A stretch of DNA of 64,000 bases from Polaromonas sp. (lineage in GTDB: Bacteria > Pseudomonadota > Gammaproteobacteria > Burkholderiales > Burkholderiaceae_C), in contig NZ_JANOAL010000098.1 of the NCBI RefSeq assembly GCF_031411155.1, forward strand, positions 407 through 64,406, read 5' to 3'. The notes beneath the pieces were generated by a model. It made no database searches, was not told the DNA's origin, and saw only the letters and a list, made by a program, of their open reading frames with translations. The position numbers and the translations under genes are program-made. How positions within the stretch are numbered: the stretch's first letter is position 1; each line of letters starts with the position of its first letter. Of this stretch, positions 29,457 through 38,853 are shown piece after piece.

Positions 29457-30551
29457 TCAAGAACCGCTCCGGGGCGCTCTTCGGGCGACCCGAACCACCC
29501 TCGTCAGAGCCTCGCGCATGCCCGGCTCGCCCGACAAATGCCCGGCCTGCGGCCAGTGGCTTCGGGCCAGGTCTGGTGCGAGCGCCTCCTGTTGCGCCCA
29601 CCAGCGTCGGCTGTTGGCTGGAAGGCACACCGCGTCAAACCGGCCATGGACCCAATCTACCGGAATTCCGTTGAGAGCCAAGCTGTGCACCGCCGCCGCC
29701 AGCCCGCCCGCCGATACGAAACCCCTGTGTCGAAGATAGTGCGCCTGGATACGAAATTTTTGCCAGCCGCGGCGGTCTGCGGCGCGGGTCCGAGCCTGCT
29801 TAAGCCCTGCCAAGGCGCGCCGCTGCTGCCGTCTGATCTGCGTCCAGGCCTGGCGGTGCGCGCCAGTTGCCAGTCCGGGCGCCTGATTGAGCGGTAAGGC
29901 AGAATGAATCAGGCTGCGCCACAGCCCCCGCAATGCCGAGCGCTGTTCAAGCAGATTCCAGCACCTGCCCACGTGTCTTGCTGCAACAGGGAGTGTTCCA
30001 GATTGAAGCACCTGTTCCAGCCGTGCGAGCACTCGCGAACCGCCGGCAAAAGGGGCACGGGGCCAATAACGGTCTTGTGAAATCGCCCGGTCGCGTTGCG
30101 GATGAGGCCTGAGCAGACCGAATATCTCAGCCCGTTTCAAGGCAAAAGCGCCGCGCAGTACCAGTCGCCTGACCCGGCTGGGGTGCGCCTGGGCATAGCG
30201 CAAGGCCACCACAGTACCCCACGAACCAGCCAAAACAGCCCAGCTTTCAATACCCAGGTTCTGCCGCAAGCGTTCAAGGTCGGCCACCAGCTGATCCGTG
30301 TGATTGCCGGCCAACCGGGCCTTGGGGCGCGATTGGCCTGCTCCACGCTGATCTGGCAGCACCACGCGCTGGCGGTCCAGCTGCATAGGCTGGAGCATGC
30401 CCGGCTGGCTTGACCCCCCGGGACCACCATGCAACACCAGCCAGCAGTCGGTGGCCCCAGGAGGCCCACATTCCCGAAAAGCCATGCGCGCGCCGCGCGC
30501 CGTCGCGACATAGCGCGGTGGGCCCCAAACCTTGCCCGGCGCGGCACTCAT
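29457..30551 (-). CDS. Alpha/beta hydrolase, proline iminopeptidase (S33) family
   Basis: HGGPGG oxyanion motif, nucleophile elbow AGSWG. Start placed at MSAAPG (30551) because the upstream ATG (30584) sits inside the pqqA sigma-54 promoter. Confidence 0.7.
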   Translation of the reverse strand: MSAAPGKVWGPPRYVATARGARMAFRECGPPGATDCWLVLHGGPGGSSQPGMLQPMQLDRQRVVLPDQRGAGQSRPKARLAGNHTDQLVADLERLRQNLGIESWAVLAGSWGTVVALRYAQAHPSRVRRLVLRGAFALKRAEIFGLLRPHPQRDRAISQDRYWPRAPFAGGSRVLARLEQVLQSGTLPVAARHVGRCWNLLEQRSALRGLWRSLIHSALPLNQAPGLATGAHRQAWTQIRRQQRRALAGLKQARTRAADRRGWQKFRIQAHYLRHRGFVSAGGLAAAVHSLALNGIPVDWVHGRFDAVCLPANSRRWWAQQEALAPDLARSHWPQAGHLSGEPGMREALTRVVRVARRAPRSGS

Positions 30552-30578
30552 GATCGGCCCGCCGGTGCCAGAACCGCG

Positions 30579-30594
30579 TGGCATTGAATTTGCA
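30579..30594 (+). promoter_or_regulatory. Sigma-54 promoter upstream of pqqA
   Basis: TGGCAT-TGAAT-TTGCA, a full match to GG-N10-GC, about 80 nt before pqqA ATG 30675. Confidence 0.6.
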
Positions 30595-30674
30595 TTAGGT
30601 TAAGACGGGTCCGTAGTTGCTTCGGCGATGAACAGATCCGTCATCACAATTCATGCCAACCACTGGAGATAACC

Positions 30675-30749
30675 ATGCAATGGACCACACCTGCTTTTAC
30701 TGACCTGCGTTTCGGCTTCGAAATTACGATGTACATCGCCAACCGCTAA
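30675..30749 (+). CDS. pqqA: PQQ precursor peptide PqqA
   Basis: Too short for the ORF track. GGAGA SD, then [24 protein letters not shown] with the conserved E-X3-Y (E16, Y20). Immediately upstream of pqqB. Confidence 0.9.
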   Translation: MQWTTPAFTDLRFGFEITMYIANR

Positions 30750-30861
30750 GCCGCACCTGGCAGCCGGTGCAAGCGACCTTCGCGTGCGCCGGCTGCTTGC
30801 CTTTGATTATGGCCTTGACGGCCTACTGCACCCTTCAATACCTCGTAGAAAACCGGACCCC

Positions 30862-31779
30862 ATGCAACTACGCGTTCTCGGCTCAGCGGCAGGCGGTGGT
30901 TTTCCGCAATGGAACTGCAACTGCCCCAACTGCGATGGATTCCGGCGCAGCAGCATCGCGGCCCAGCCCCGAACCCAGTCGTCCATTGCCGTGACGGACA
31001 ACGGCCAAGACTGGCTACTGGTCAACGCCTCCCCGGATGTCCTGACCCAGATTCGCGCCAATCCCGAACTGCAGCCCGCCCGCGCCGTGCGCGACAGCGC
31101 TATTGCGGCCGTGCTCCTGATGGACGCACAGATTGATCACGTGACCGGCCTGCTCATGCTGCGCGAGCGTCACTCGCCCCTGCCCTTGCTGGCCACGCCC
31201 GAAGTATTGTCCGACCTGGAGGAGGGCTTTCCCATTACCCGCGTCCTGTCGCATTACTGCGGCGTCAAAGCCCTGCCGCTGCAACCCGATGGCGGACTGC
31301 AAGACGTGCCCGGACTGCCTGGCCTGCAAGTGCGTCCCGTGGTGCTCTCGTCCAAGCCGCCGCCGTATTCCGCCTTTCGCAACCACCCGCGCCCCGGCGA
31401 CAACATTGGCCTCGTCATTGAAAACCCGGCGAGCCAAACGCGCGTTTTCTACGCGCCCGGCCTCGGTGAAGTCACACCCTTCCTGATGGAACTGATGGCG
31501 ACCTGCCAGATCGTCCTGGTCGACGGCACCTTCTGGAGCGATGATGAAATGCAGCGCTTCGGTCTGTCGAAAAAAACCGCCACTGACATGGGGCATCTGC
31601 CGCAAAGTGGTCCACTGGGCATGATTGCCCATCTTGACCGCCTGCCTGCGGGCGTTCGGAAAATCCTGATTCACATCAACAACACCAACCCCATACTGCG
31701 GGAAGACTCAGCCGAGCGCGCCCTGCTTGCCGGGCGCGGCATTGAAGTCGCATGGGACGGCATGGACCTGTTTTTCTGA
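30862..31779 (+). CDS. pqqB: PQQ biosynthesis protein PqqB (metallo-beta-lactamase fold)
   Basis: MQLRVLGSAAGGGFPQWNCNCPNC is the hallmark N-terminus. 305 aa. Confidence 0.9.
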   Translation: MQLRVLGSAAGGGFPQWNCNCPNCDGFRRSSIAAQPRTQSSIAVTDNGQDWLLVNASPDVLTQIRANPELQPARAVRDSAIAAVLLMDAQIDHVTGLLMLRERHSPLPLLATPEVLSDLEEGFPITRVLSHYCGVKALPLQPDGGLQDVPGLPGLQVRPVVLSSKPPPYSAFRNHPRPGDNIGLVIENPASQTRVFYAPGLGEVTPFLMELMATCQIVLVDGTFWSDDEMQRFGLSKKTATDMGHLPQSGPLGMIAHLDRLPAGVRKILIHINNTNPILREDSAERALLAGRGIEVAWDGMDLFF

Positions 31780-31800
31780 CGCCGTGGCGGAACCTCACTT

Positions 31801-32571
31801 ATGGAAATAGCCCATACCCCAAGGGAAGACAGCGCCAACGCTGGCAATGCGCCCTGGACCCGGCAGGAGTTTGAAGCCCAGCTGAACGCGCGCGGCGCGG
31901 GGTACCACATCCATCATCCCTTCAACGTACGCATGAACAGCGGCGCCTGCTCGCCCGAAGAGATTCGCCATTGGGTACGCAACCGCTACTACTACCAGAT
32001 CTGCATTCCGCGCAAGGATGCAGCCATCCTTGCCAATATGCCCGACCGGACGCACCGACGCCTGTGGATCGAGCGGATTCTTGATCACGACGGTTACGGC
32101 GACTACCAGGGCTCGGCAGCGGGCGGCATGCAAGCCTGGACGCGGCTTGGCGAAGCGGTGGGCATTCCGCATGAAGAACTATGGTCGCTGCGGGGCGTGG
32201 CACCCGCCGTGCGTTTTGCCTGTGATGCCTATGTCAACTTCGCTTCAAAGGCGCCATGGCAGGAAGCCGTCTGTTCTTCACTGACCGAAATGTTTGCGCC
32301 GCAAATCCACAAGGACCGCCTGGCCAGCTGGCCGATGCATTACCCCTGGATAGAGCCCGAAGGACTGGCCTATTTCAGAAGCCGCATACCGCTGGCTGGC
32401 CGGGACGTTGCGCACGGGCTGCAAGTGACGCTTGACCACTTCACGACGCGCGAGGCCCAGCATCGGGCACTGGATATCCTGCAGTTCAAGCTGGACATTT
32501 TGTGGACCATGCTCGACGCGATCGAAAAAGTCTGCCTTGACCCTGACCGTACACCGAAAGGACTGTCATGA
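31801..32571 (+). CDS. pqqC: Pyrroloquinoline-quinone synthase PqqC
   Basis: 256 aa with PqqC family sequence ([28 protein letters not shown]). Confidence 0.9.
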   Translation: MEIAHTPREDSANAGNAPWTRQEFEAQLNARGAGYHIHHPFNVRMNSGACSPEEIRHWVRNRYYYQICIPRKDAAILANMPDRTHRRLWIERILDHDGYGDYQGSAAGGMQAWTRLGEAVGIPHEELWSLRGVAPAVRFACDAYVNFASKAPWQEAVCSSLTEMFAPQIHKDRLASWPMHYPWIEPEGLAYFRSRIPLAGRDVAHGLQVTLDHFTTREAQHRALDILQFKLDILWTMLDAIEKVCLDPDRTPKGLS

Positions 32572-32924
32572 ATGCCTCCTCTGCACCCACCTCAAGCCCA
32601 TCCCTCGTGACTGAAACTGAAACGCCCGCGATGCATGCTGCCTCGACCAATACCTCCTCAGAAGTCGCCCTGCCAGAGCGCCCCAAGCTCTCGCGTCTCT
32701 ATCGGCTGCAGTACGAGCAGGTGCAGACCGCCTGGGTGCTGCTGTACCCGGAAGGCATGGTTCAGCTCAACCAAAGCTCCGCGGAAATTTTGCGCCGCTG
32801 CAATGGTGAGCGCAGTATCGAGACCATCGTTGCCGACCTCGAAATCCTGTTTGCAACCCAAGGCATAGCGCCGCAGGTGCGGGCCATGCTGCAGGAAAGC
32901 ATGCGCCGAGGCTGGATTGCCTGA
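32568..32924 (+). CDS. pqqD: PqqA-binding chaperone PqqD
   Basis: ATGA overlap with the pqqC stop. C-terminal 90 aa are PqqD-like ([35 protein letters not shown]). The N-terminal ~25 aa may be an over-extension. Confidence 0.8.
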   Translation: MNASSAPTSSPSLVTETETPAMHAASTNTSSEVALPERPKLSRLYRLQYEQVQTAWVLLYPEGMVQLNQSSAEILRRCNGERSIETIVADLEILFATQGIAPQVRAMLQESMRRGWIA

Positions 32925-34056
32925 AGTGTCCCCCACTGAAAAGCCGGCGGGAACCCTAGCGCCGCCGCTGTGGCTGCTGGCCGAACTGACTTACCGCTGT
33001 CCGCTGCACTGCGTCTTTTGCTACAACCCCACCCAGCATGCGCGGCTGCAGGCCGAAATGACGACGGCTCAGTGGGTCGATGTGATGCGCCAGGCGCGCG
33101 CGCTGGGTGCGGCGCAACTGGGTTTTTCAGGCGGCGAGCCGCTGCTTCGGGAAGACCTCGAAGAACTGGTGCAGGAGGCGCGCCACCTCGGTTTTTACAC
33201 CAACCTGATCACCTCGGGCGTCGGCTTTACCGAAGCTCGCGCCGTGCGACTGAAAGACGCCGGGCTGGATCATATCCAGTTGTCGTTTCAGGATTCCACC
33301 CGTGAGCTCAACGATTTCCTCAGCCACACCAAAACCTTCGAACTCAAGCAGCGCGTGGCACGCCTGATCAAGCAGCACGACTGGCCCATGGTGCTCAACT
33401 GCGTGCTGCACCGACATAACCTGCCGCACGTGGACAAGATCATCGAGATGGCGATAGCGCTGGACGCCGAATTTCTTGAGCTGGCCAACACGCAGTACTA
33501 CGGCTGGGCCTGGACCAACCGCGACCAGCTCATGCCCACCCACGAACAGCTGATCGAAGCCGAGGCGGTGGTGCAGCGCTACCGCGCGCAGATCGGCGCC
33601 CACTGCCGCATTCTGTTTGTCGTGCCCGACTATTTCGAGGAACGGCCGAAAGCCTGCATGAACGGCTGGGGCTCGGTGTTTCTGGCGGTGGCGCCCGACG
33701 GTGTGGTGCTGCCCTGCCACAACGCTCGCAACCTGCCGGGCCTGCAGCTGCCCCGCGTGCAGGACCAGTCGCTGGGCGAGATCTGGGCGCACAGCCAGGC
33801 TTTCAAAGCCTACCGCGGCGAAGCGTGGATGAAGCCGCCCTGCCGCGACTGCGACGAGCGCCACAAGGATTTCGGAGGCTGCCGCTGCCAGGCTTTCCAG
33901 ATTACCGGCGATGCGGCGCAAGCTGACCCGGTGTGCAGCAAGTCACCGCACCATGACAAAGTGGTGCAGTTGGTGAGACAGGCGCCCAGCCGGCGTGAGC
34001 AGCCCATCGTGTTCAGGACTGATGCGGCTTCGCGGGCCCTGCATCCGCAAGATTGA
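32917..34056 (+). CDS. pqqE: Radical SAM PQQ biosynthesis enzyme PqqE
   Basis: CPLHCVFCYN radical-SAM cluster, SPASM-type C-terminal cysteines. TTG (32917) or GTG (32926) start overlapping the pqqD stop. Confidence 0.9.
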   Translation: MPEVSPTEKPAGTLAPPLWLLAELTYRCPLHCVFCYNPTQHARLQAEMTTAQWVDVMRQARALGAAQLGFSGGEPLLREDLEELVQEARHLGFYTNLITSGVGFTEARAVRLKDAGLDHIQLSFQDSTRELNDFLSHTKTFELKQRVARLIKQHDWPMVLNCVLHRHNLPHVDKIIEMAIALDAEFLELANTQYYGWAWTNRDQLMPTHEQLIEAEAVVQRYRAQIGAHCRILFVVPDYFEERPKACMNGWGSVFLAVAPDGVVLPCHNARNLPGLQLPRVQDQSLGEIWAHSQAFKAYRGEAWMKPPCRDCDERHKDFGGCRCQAFQITGDAAQADPVCSKSPHHDKVVQLVRQAPSRREQPIVFRTDAASRALHPQD

Positions 34057-34152
34057 ACCCGGATTCTGGCAAGGATTCCTGCGAAAGCGGGAATCCTTCG
34101 GCGCTGTCCAGGCCTTGCCGTGAGAGCAAGTTTCGACTACCGAACGAAGGCT

Positions 34153-34977
34153 TTACCGGACTCCGTCCGTTGCGGCGCTGCGGTTTGATTTCAATGCCGC
34201 CACGGCCGCCGGATAGCGCTGATCGGCCGCCCGCTGAAGCCACACCTCGCTTTCGGCCAAGTCCTTTTCTCGGCCCCTGCCGGTTCGCATCATCACTGCC
34301 AGCGCGTACTGCGCTTCTGCCTCCCCTGCGACGGCGGCAATTTCGAAGCGTCGTGCGGCTTCTTGCAAATCGCGCGAAACACCCTGACCCGCTTCATGCA
34401 TCCATGCCAGCCGGGTCTGCGCACGCTGATCTCCGGCCGCTGCAAGCTGGCGGTACAAGGCGGCCGCTTCACCGTGCTGGCCGCTCGCGCCCAGCCACTC
34501 GGCCTCCTCAAACGATGAGCGCGTGCGCCCGGGCTGGTCCAGCCCAGCGAGCATGGCCAGCGCTTCCTTGTCGCCATCCTGTGCGGCCAAAGTCAGGTAA
34601 ATACGGGCTTTAGCTGTGTCTTGGGGCAGCAAGCTGCCAGCGCTGTACAACATGCCCAGGCGATAGCGGGCCTTGAAATTGCCTGCCTGCGCGGCGCTGG
34701 TATACAGGGCTTCGGCCCTGGCCATGTCGCGCGGCTCGCCCAGGCCGTCTTCCGCCAGGATGCCGAGGTTGAACAGGGCGTCGCCGTTGCCGACACCGGC
34801 CAGCGTTTCCCAGACCGCACGGGCCGCCGCGTAGTGGGCCATCTTGAACTCGGCATAGGCTTTGTAATTGCCCATGGCCGGGTTGCGCAGCCAATCGCTG
34901 CGGTCGCTGTCTTGTGCACGGATGCTGCTGCCCAGCGCCAGCAGGGCGACCATCGGCCAAGCATGTTGCGGCTTCAT
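34153..34977 (-). CDS. Periplasmic Sel1-repeat (TPR-like) protein
   Basis: Signal peptide MKPQHAWPMVALLALGSSIRA-QD, then about 6 Sel1-type repeats (A..Y..AA..G...A...LG.MY..G). Alternative TTG start at 34998. Confidence 0.7.
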   Translation of the reverse strand: MKPQHAWPMVALLALGSSIRAQDSDRSDWLRNPAMGNYKAYAEFKMAHYAAARAVWETLAGVGNGDALFNLGILAEDGLGEPRDMARAEALYTSAAQAGNFKARYRLGMLYSAGSLLPQDTAKARIYLTLAAQDGDKEALAMLAGLDQPGRTRSSFEEAEWLGASGQHGEAAALYRQLAAAGDQRAQTRLAWMHEAGQGVSRDLQEAARRFEIAAVAGEAEAQYALAVMMRTGRGREKDLAESEVWLQRAADQRYPAAVAALKSNRSAATDGVR

Positions 34978-34990
34978 GAAAAAGGCGTTT

Positions 34991-35545
34991 CTACTCAATG
35001 CGCAGCTCGCTCAGCCAGCGCTCGCCCGGCGCAACGTCGTTGCGGTCCATCGGGCCAAAGGGCGGGCTGTCCAGCTTGTCGGGCGGTGCGCTGACGAGAT
35101 TGAGGTCCACTGCCTGGGGTCTACCAACCAAAGCGTTGGGAGTGACGCTGAAACTGAAGATGAGGCCGTTCCAGAGCTTCGCACCGAAATCGGCGGGTTG
35201 CTTGTAGAGAAACAGCAAGTTGTGCTCCAGCCACGCCGGATCCGAGGCGCTTGCAGTGGCCGGCTGGCGGTAGGGGTAGGCCACATGACAAGTGACCTCT
35301 ACTGCCGATGGCAAGCACTTGAACTCCTTCATGGAAAGAAAGTAGTCGCGCATCACGCTGTAATCCATCTGCACCCGAAAGCTCGCGCTACCAGCCATGG
35401 CGGGAACGAACGACACGCTTCCAATGCGTGTACGCCCACCGTCCCGGGTCACGGCGATCAATGACTTGTTTCCGGAGAAGTCAAAGGCCTTGGCACTGCC
35501 TACGCTCAGCAAAAAAGCCAGCACGACGGCACACCATGCGGTCAT
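34991..35545 (-). CDS. Secreted protein of unknown function (184 aa)
   Basis: Signal peptide MTAWCAVVLAFLLSVGSAKA-FD, two Cys (KCLPSAVEVTCH), no family I can recognise. ATGA overlap with the upstream cytochrome c gene. Confidence 0.6.
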   Translation of the reverse strand: MTAWCAVVLAFLLSVGSAKAFDFSGNKSLIAVTRDGGRTRIGSVSFVPAMAGSASFRVQMDYSVMRDYFLSMKEFKCLPSAVEVTCHVAYPYRQPATASASDPAWLEHNLLFLYKQPADFGAKLWNGLIFSFSVTPNALVGRPQAVDLNLVSAPPDKLDSPPFGPMDRNDVAPGERWLSELRIE

Positions 35546-35874
35546 GGCTTGACCGTGAGCACCCAGGTCGAGAGGGTCTTGATATCCGCCGCACTGAGGC
35601 TTGGATGTGCCGGCATGGGAATGCGTCCCCACTTGCCTTTGGAGCCATTCTGGATGGACTGGGCCAAAGCTGCCGCAGCGTCTTTTTCATCCTTGTACTT
35701 GGCAGCGACGTCAATGAAGGCCGGACCCACCACTTTCTCGGCGGTCGCATGGCACGAATAGCAGCCGCTGGCCTTGGCCAGTTCGGTGGCCGCAGCGACG
35801 TCAATGCCCTTACCGGCCTGGGCCAGGCAGCCGGCGCTGAAAAATACGAGGCCAACAATCAAAAAGGTTCGCAT
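35542..35874 (-). CDS. Small soluble c-type cytochrome (c551/c552-like)
   Basis: Signal peptide, CYSCH haem motif, distal Met region IPMPAHP, 110 aa. Confidence 0.8.
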   Translation of the reverse strand: MRTFLIVGLVFFSAGCLAQAGKGIDVAAATELAKASGCYSCHATAEKVVGPAFIDVAAKYKDEKDAAAALAQSIQNGSKGKWGRIPMPAHPSLSAADIKTLSTWVLTVKP

Positions 35875-36014
35875 GTCAGGTCATCCTCGGAAAAATCCGA
35901 TCAAAATCACGAATCAAAGGATCGGATATGCGCCCGGCACCGTGGGATGCACTGGCGCAGATCCACCTCCCCGGCACGCACACAAGGGTGCGCGCACCAG
36001 GGGACTTGCGGCTA

Positions 36015-37733
36015 TTACTTCGCCAGCTTGAAGGTCCAGACAGCGCCGCCCTGCTCAAGGAAGTTGACCTTCTTGGCCACCTCACCACCCCACAGAGGCA
36101 CGGCGCCGCCCCAGCCGGACACCACGCTGATGTACTGGTCGCCGCCTTCTTTCCAGGTAATCGGAGGAGCAACCACACCCGAACCAGTCTGGAACTGCCA
36201 GACCACCTTGCCGGTCTTGGCATCAGCGGCTTTCAGGAAACCTTCGGGCGTGCCCCAGAACACCAGATCAGCCGTGGTCATGACGCCACCCCACAGCGGT
36301 GCGACGTTCTTGACTTCCCAGGCCACTTTGCCGGTCTTCGGATCAATCGCGCGCAGCGAGCCGATATGGTCGTCAAAGAGCGGCTTGATCGTGAACCCCG
36401 CGCCTAAGTAAGCTGCGCCCTTCTTGTAGCTGATCGGCTCGTTCCAGATTTCCATACCCCACTCGTTGGTGGGCACGTAGAAAAGACCGGTTTTCGGGCT
36501 ATAGGCCATAGGCTGCTGATTTTTGCCGCCGAGGAAGCCAGGTGCCGAGAAAGTTGACTTGCCCTTCAGGCCGTCGCCGCCGGCCGCCGTTGGGTCGCCA
36601 GGACGGTTGTCCGCCACGAAGTTTGGACGGCCCGTGTTCAGGTCGATGCTCGTGGCCCACGTGACCTTCTTGACGAACGGAAACGCATTGACCAGCTTGC
36701 CGGTGGTCGCGTCGTTCACGTAAAAGAAACCGTTGCGGTCGGCCTTTGCTCCCATGCGCTTGCCGTCCATATCAAAGGTGATGAACTCATTGACACCGTC
36801 GTAGTCCCAGCCGTCGTTCGGTGTGTTCTGGTAGTGCCAGACAATCTTCCCCGTCTTGACGTCGAGCGCCACGGTGGAGGTCGAGTACAGGTTGTCGCCC
36901 TTGCGGACATGACTGTTCCAGGGGCCCGGGTTGCCGGTGCCGAAGTAAGCCAGGCCGGTCTTGGCATCATAGGTGCCGCCCAGCCATGGCGAGGCGCCAC
37001 CGGTTTTCCAGGTCTCGCCTGGCCAGCTGGCGTTGGTGGTTCCGGTGATGCCGTTTTCCTTGCCGTTGAGGTAGCCCATATGGCCTTCAACCACCGGACG
37101 TGACCAGACCATCTTGCCGGTTTTCGGGTCACGTGCTTCGACACGGCCGACGACGCCAAACTCGCCCCCCGACAGACCCGTGAGCAGCAAGCCTTCGGCA
37201 ATCAGCGGCGCGGCGGTGTAGCTATAGCCCGCACTGTAGTCGTCAATCTTCTCGCGCCAAACAATCTTGCCGGTAGTCTGGTCGAGCGCGATCAGCTGCG
37301 CGTCCAGCGTGCCGAAGATCACTAGGTTGTCATAAAGCGCAGCGCCGCGGTTGACCACGTCGCAGCAGGGCATGATGCCTTCAGGCAGGCGGTGCTCATA
37401 CTTCCAGAGTTTTTCGCCGGTCTTGGCGTCGAGCGCAAAAATACGCGAGTACGACGCCGTGACAAACATCTTGCCGTTATGCACCAGCGGCTGCGATTCC
37501 TGGCCGCGCTGCTTTTCGCCGCCAAACGACATGGACCACACGGGCACCAGGCGGCTGATGGTTTTGGGGTTGATGTCAGACAATGGCGAGTGACGCTGGC
37601 CCTGAGTTCCCATGCCCCAGGACAGCACGTTGTTGGTGGAGGTGGCGTCGCTGCCTATCATCGCGTCGGTCACTTGCGCGCCGACGTGAGCGGTAGCCAC
37701 CAAGACCAGAATGCTGAGAAGTTGTCGTTTCAC
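36015..37733 (-). CDS. PQQ-dependent alcohol dehydrogenase, methanol/ethanol family (type I), predicted lanthanide-dependent
   Basis: 572 aa. GTG start with AGGAG SD, signal peptide, vicinal Cys pair PCCDVVNRG, 8-bladed W-motif propeller sequence, catalytic region [12 protein letters not shown] (D310-Y-D312). Confidence 0.9.
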   Translation of the reverse strand: MKRQLLSILVLVATAHVGAQVTDAMIGSDATSTNNVLSWGMGTQGQRHSPLSDINPKTISRLVPVWSMSFGGEKQRGQESQPLVHNGKMFVTASYSRIFALDAKTGEKLWKYEHRLPEGIMPCCDVVNRGAALYDNLVIFGTLDAQLIALDQTTGKIVWREKIDDYSAGYSYTAAPLIAEGLLLTGLSGGEFGVVGRVEARDPKTGKMVWSRPVVEGHMGYLNGKENGITGTTNASWPGETWKTGGASPWLGGTYDAKTGLAYFGTGNPGPWNSHVRKGDNLYSTSTVALDVKTGKIVWHYQNTPNDGWDYDGVNEFITFDMDGKRMGAKADRNGFFYVNDATTGKLVNAFPFVKKVTWATSIDLNTGRPNFVADNRPGDPTAAGGDGLKGKSTFSAPGFLGGKNQQPMAYSPKTGLFYVPTNEWGMEIWNEPISYKKGAAYLGAGFTIKPLFDDHIGSLRAIDPKTGKVAWEVKNVAPLWGGVMTTADLVFWGTPEGFLKAADAKTGKVVWQFQTGSGVVAPPITWKEGGDQYISVVSGWGGAVPLWGGEVAKKVNFLEQGGAVWTFKLAK

Positions 37734-37835
37734 GTTTTAGTCTCCTGAATCGTTGTGAGCTGAATGCCGGCCGTGCTGCATGCACGGTGGTCATGATCCC
37801 GAGCCCACGTGGTTCGGAATCACAAAGCAGTTAGG

Positions 37836-37850
37836 GCAACTTCTGTGCCA
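37836..37850 (-). promoter_or_regulatory. Sigma-54 promoter upstream of the PQQ alcohol dehydrogenase
   Basis: Minus strand reads TGGCAC-AGAAG-TTGC (exact consensus), about 100 nt upstream of GTG 37733. Confidence 0.7.
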
Positions 37851-38016
37851 TCCTTTTTCGCGACTGCGTGCGCATGATTCAGCTTCCAGATCGGCCACCT
37901 GAACTGCTCCAGCATCAGGCCACGTGCTCATTTGCAACAGCCGGGTCGTGTCACAGTGTTCAGAAATGAAGCACCTCGCCAGCGTTCCTGTGGCAAGGAA
38001 AGCGCTGGATCCGGCT

Positions 38017-38853
38017 TCAGGCCGCACCGCGCTGCTTGATCCAGCCGCGCTGTGGGTCATAGCCCCACCAAGCCAGCGCAAAGAAAGAAGCGCTTCCGGC
38101 CAGCACTACGACCCACGACAGGCCGTTGACCTGCCCGTACATGGCAAAACGCAACACCTCAACCACATGGGTAAACGGGTTGAACTGGGCTAGCTTGAGC
38201 AGCCACCAAGCGCCTGATTCCTCGAGTTTCCAGAGTGGATACAGCGCCGGGCTGATGAAAAACATGGGAAAGATCACGAAATTCATGGTGCCGGCAAAGT
38301 TTTCGAGTTGCTTGATGTAGACAGAAAGCATCAAACCCAGCGCGGCGAGCAGCGTGGCACCGCTCACCATCGCCAACAGCAGAAGCGGCAGATGCTGCCA
38401 CGCCAGCGTCACGCCAAAGGCCAGCGCAATCATTAGGAACACCGCCATTTGCAATACTGAAAGGCAGGTGCCCGCCAGCAACTTGAAAGCCAGCAGCCAG
38501 CCGCGCGGCAAGGGCGCAGTGAGCAAAAGCCGCATGACACCCATCTCGCGGTCATACACCATGGAAAGCGAGCTCTGCATGCCGTTGAAAAGGGCCACCA
38601 TGGCCATCAGGCCCGGCACCATGTACACCTGATATTCGACGTAAGTCTCGTAAGGCGGCACGATGGACACGCCAAACACGTTGTGAAAGCCCGCCGAAAA
38701 CACCACAAACCATAACAGCGGCCGCACCAGTGCTGAAGCCAGCCGTGAGGGCTGGCGCAAAAACCTGTTGATCTCTCGGCCGACCACGGCGCGCAATGCC
38801 CGCGCCAGGTGCGGCAGATGGGCGGGCGCCGTACTCAGGGGCGCTGTTTGCAT
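38017..38853 (-). CDS. ABC-2 type transporter permease (PedC-like)
   Basis: 278 aa, 6-TM ABC-2 permease sequence. Last gene of the propeller / binding protein / permease unit. Confidence 0.75.
   Translation of the reverse strand: MQTAPLSTAPAHLPHLARALRAVVGREINRFLRQPSRLASALVRPLLWFVVFSAGFHNVFGVSIVPPYETYVEYQVYMVPGLMAMVALFNGMQSSLSMVYDREMGVMRLLLTAPLPRGWLLAFKLLAGTCLSVLQMAVFLMIALAFGVTLAWQHLPLLLLAMVSGATLLAALGLMLSVYIKQLENFAGTMNFVIFPMFFISPALYPLWKLEESGAWWLLKLAQFNPFTHVVEVLRFAMYGQVNGLSWVVVLAGSASFFALAWWGYDPQRGWIKQRGAA

Noticed and set aside
35428-36411. 327-aa ORF on the plus strand
   Set aside because: It is antisense to the cytochrome c gene and the 3' end of the PQQ-ADH gene. No motifs.
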